From Candidatus Hydrogenedentota bacterium (GTDB taxonomy: Bacteria; Hydrogenedentota; Hydrogenedentia; Hydrogenedentales; SLHB01), in contig CAVUWV010000031.1 of NCBI GenBank assembly GCA_963745075.1, positions 283,209-347,208 of the forward strand: a DNA stretch of 64,000 bases. Direction: 5' to 3'. The notes under the pieces are model-generated. The model was given only the letters and a program-made list of their open reading frames with translations. It did no database searches and was not told the origin of the DNA. The number at the start of each line of letters is the position of its first letter. Within the stretch, counting starts at the first letter, position 1. The position numbers were made by a program, and so were the translations under genes. Shown piece after piece: positions 62,077 to 64,000 of the stretch.

Positions 62077-62843
62077 ATGCGCAACCGCATCTTCCTGATC
62101 AGCCTCGCCATCCTCCTCTTCACCGCCATCGGCGCCGCGCCCCGCTACCTCGAAGAACTCCGCATCGGCGGCGGCTACAACGACCCCGTCAACGGTGGCG
62201 CCGACTTCGAATCCGACGGCGACATCCTCACCAACGGCGCCCTCACCGTCGAGGGACCCACCACCCTCGAAGACGATCTCCACGTGAATGGAAACGACAT
62301 CTTCACTACGGGGATACTCTTTACTTGAATCCGGCGGGGGCCGGCCGGCTCTTTGTCGGTGCGAACGTTACCCAATTGGAGAACGCTACGGCAGGCTGTG
62401 GTTCGTGAATACGGTTGGTAGCAACACTCACTTTAGATTCTTCATGCCCGACTCAACCGGATGCGAGCCAAGACTTCGGCTCCATCTGGTGCGACGTTGA
62501 CGATTCCACTGACGGTTCGGAGGACGCGACACTTCGATTTGCGTTGGTAAGAAACGGGACGTACGACTACGACGTATTCTCGGTAAACAGTGAAGGTGAC
62601 GGACATTTCGATGGCGGCGTTGCCGCAACCGGTGGCAAATTGGAATCTGGCGTGGACGGAGGATTTCGCGGTGTACTCGCGGCGACGCGCGGAACGGACG
62701 GTACCGAACCTGCCTGCATAGAACTTCAATCGAGGAACGGCACCGCATGGTACTTGTTTGTGGAGGACGACGGCACGGTTCGCATTCACAGTGCCTTACC
62801 CAGCAGCAATTCCGACGGCGCGATCGTCGGATTACAGAACTAG
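62077..62843 (+). CDS. Secreted hypothetical beta-rich protein (frameshifts near ~62312, ~62395, ~62465)
   Basis: AAGGA RBS; signal peptide MRNRIFLISLAILLFTAIGA; overlapping frames join into a Gly/Asp/Thr-rich protein ending WYLFVEDDGTVRIHSALPSSNSDGAIVGLQN. Confidence 0.6.
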
Positions 62844-62884
62844 ATGCCGTCACACGGTTTCGTTCTGGCTACCGACCCGCCAAC

Positions 62885-64000
62885 TCATTTAATTTCGGTG
62901 AGGAACCAGCTTCGCCAATCGACTGCAGCGGGGAATGTCAGAAAGTCTTCCTGGCCGCAGGTCGCATAGATGAGAACTTGGCCGCCTTCGTCGGTACGGA
63001 AGACGAGTTCGTTGGTGCGAAAGCGGTCGCTCCGGTCGAGCCGTAGGGCGGCGGCGGAAAGTTTGTGCATGGTATTGCCCACTTCGCACGCGGAAACCAC
63101 GACGGGGGCGTGGGCCCGGTTGGCAGCGGTAATGGTCAGGCGGTATTTGGTCCCGGGTTTCAATTGCACGGACGTACCGAAGCGGTCGAAGAACGATGAC
63201 GGCCCGGTGGGCTGATGCCAGGTTTGACGGACGCCGACCACGCCGTCTTCGAAGGTATACGGTTCGATCGTACTGTCGGTCTGGCCCGGCGGCGCGCCGG
63301 AGGCCGCGGCGTGGTGCCATGACGCGGGGACCACTGAATCGGACGGCCAGTCCTGGAACCCGGGGTTCGCGATAAGGTTTCCGGGGGGTTCTTCGGCGAT
63401 TGTGTCGCCCGCTTCCACCGAGCCGGTTACGGGCGTCTCGGAAAGGCGCGCGGCGATCTGCGCGGCATCGGGCAGATAGGGAGCCAGTTGCCGGGCGAAT
63501 AAGCTTGCCACGAGCGGCGCCGCTTCCGGCGTCACGTGGTCACCGTCGGCGTAAAGGCCGATGGTGATGGCGTCAGCGTCCGTGATGTCGAGCAGTGGAA
63601 CGTCATGGCGGGCAAGGTACGCATCCAACGCAGCATCGTACTGGAGGAGTCCGTCGGAACGCGGCACGCCGAAGGCGTCCCTGCGCCGTTTCCAACGCAC
63701 GAAGGCGAGCCGGGAACCGTACTGTGGGCAGCCTCGATAAGATGCGGCAAAAACGAGAGATCCACGCGTTCTGAAAAAACAAATGAAGCATCGGTTCGCC
63801 GGGCGGCATCGGCGTTTTGCTGGAGTTTAGTGAACAGGGCCTCGTCCATGTTCTTATCCTCAAACACGCGGAGGATTATATCGTCGATCGCCGCGCTGCC
63901 GCCGGCGCCGGTCAACCACCCGGCAACATCTTTCGCGCCGTTCACGAATTGATCTTTGTAGGTTGTCCGGTTCCGGTAGACGGGCAGATTGTCGTACAAA
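62885..64000 (-). CDS. 3' part of an SGNH/DltD-AlgJ-like protein with a C-terminal carbohydrate-binding-like domain (frameshift near ~63705)
   Basis: VPLLDIT...LYADGDHVT (DxxH); NLIANPGF..W and LKPGTKYRLT resemble CBM_4_9-type domains; 5' end lies outside the window. Confidence 0.55.

Overview
GC-rich bacterial chromosomal window with about 42 genes. I recognised no rRNA, tRNA, CRISPR array, integrase or transposase. The organism is diderm (complete RND efflux system with a TolC-type channel). Gene content and style suggest a lineage such as Candidatus Hydrogenedentota, but this is inference only. At least 10 genes carry single-base frameshifts, several at homopolymers, which looks like uncorrected long-read error. 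The main highlight is an intact three-gene lipid/polyketide operon at 44.7-54.2 kb: FAAL, then an ACP-KS-AT-KR-ACP-sulfotransferase-TE PKS, then an Sfp PPTase. It matches the CurM/Ols olefin-synthase layout but ends in an NRPS/PKS-type thioesterase with a long Trp/Arg-rich lid, so it may make a sulfated lipid rather than an alkene. Other notable items: a ~1950-aa surface protein with 12 NHL repeats and an active plus a dead clan-CD protease domain; a BlaI/BlaR1-like pair with HEAT repeats, two SecDF-head-like domains and a clear double operator; a heme-c chemoreceptor; three tandem DUF4139 paralogs; a kinase-propeller protein lacking a TM helix; a stand-alone degenerate GGDEF protein; and several unrelated REP/MITE-like palindromic repeat families.
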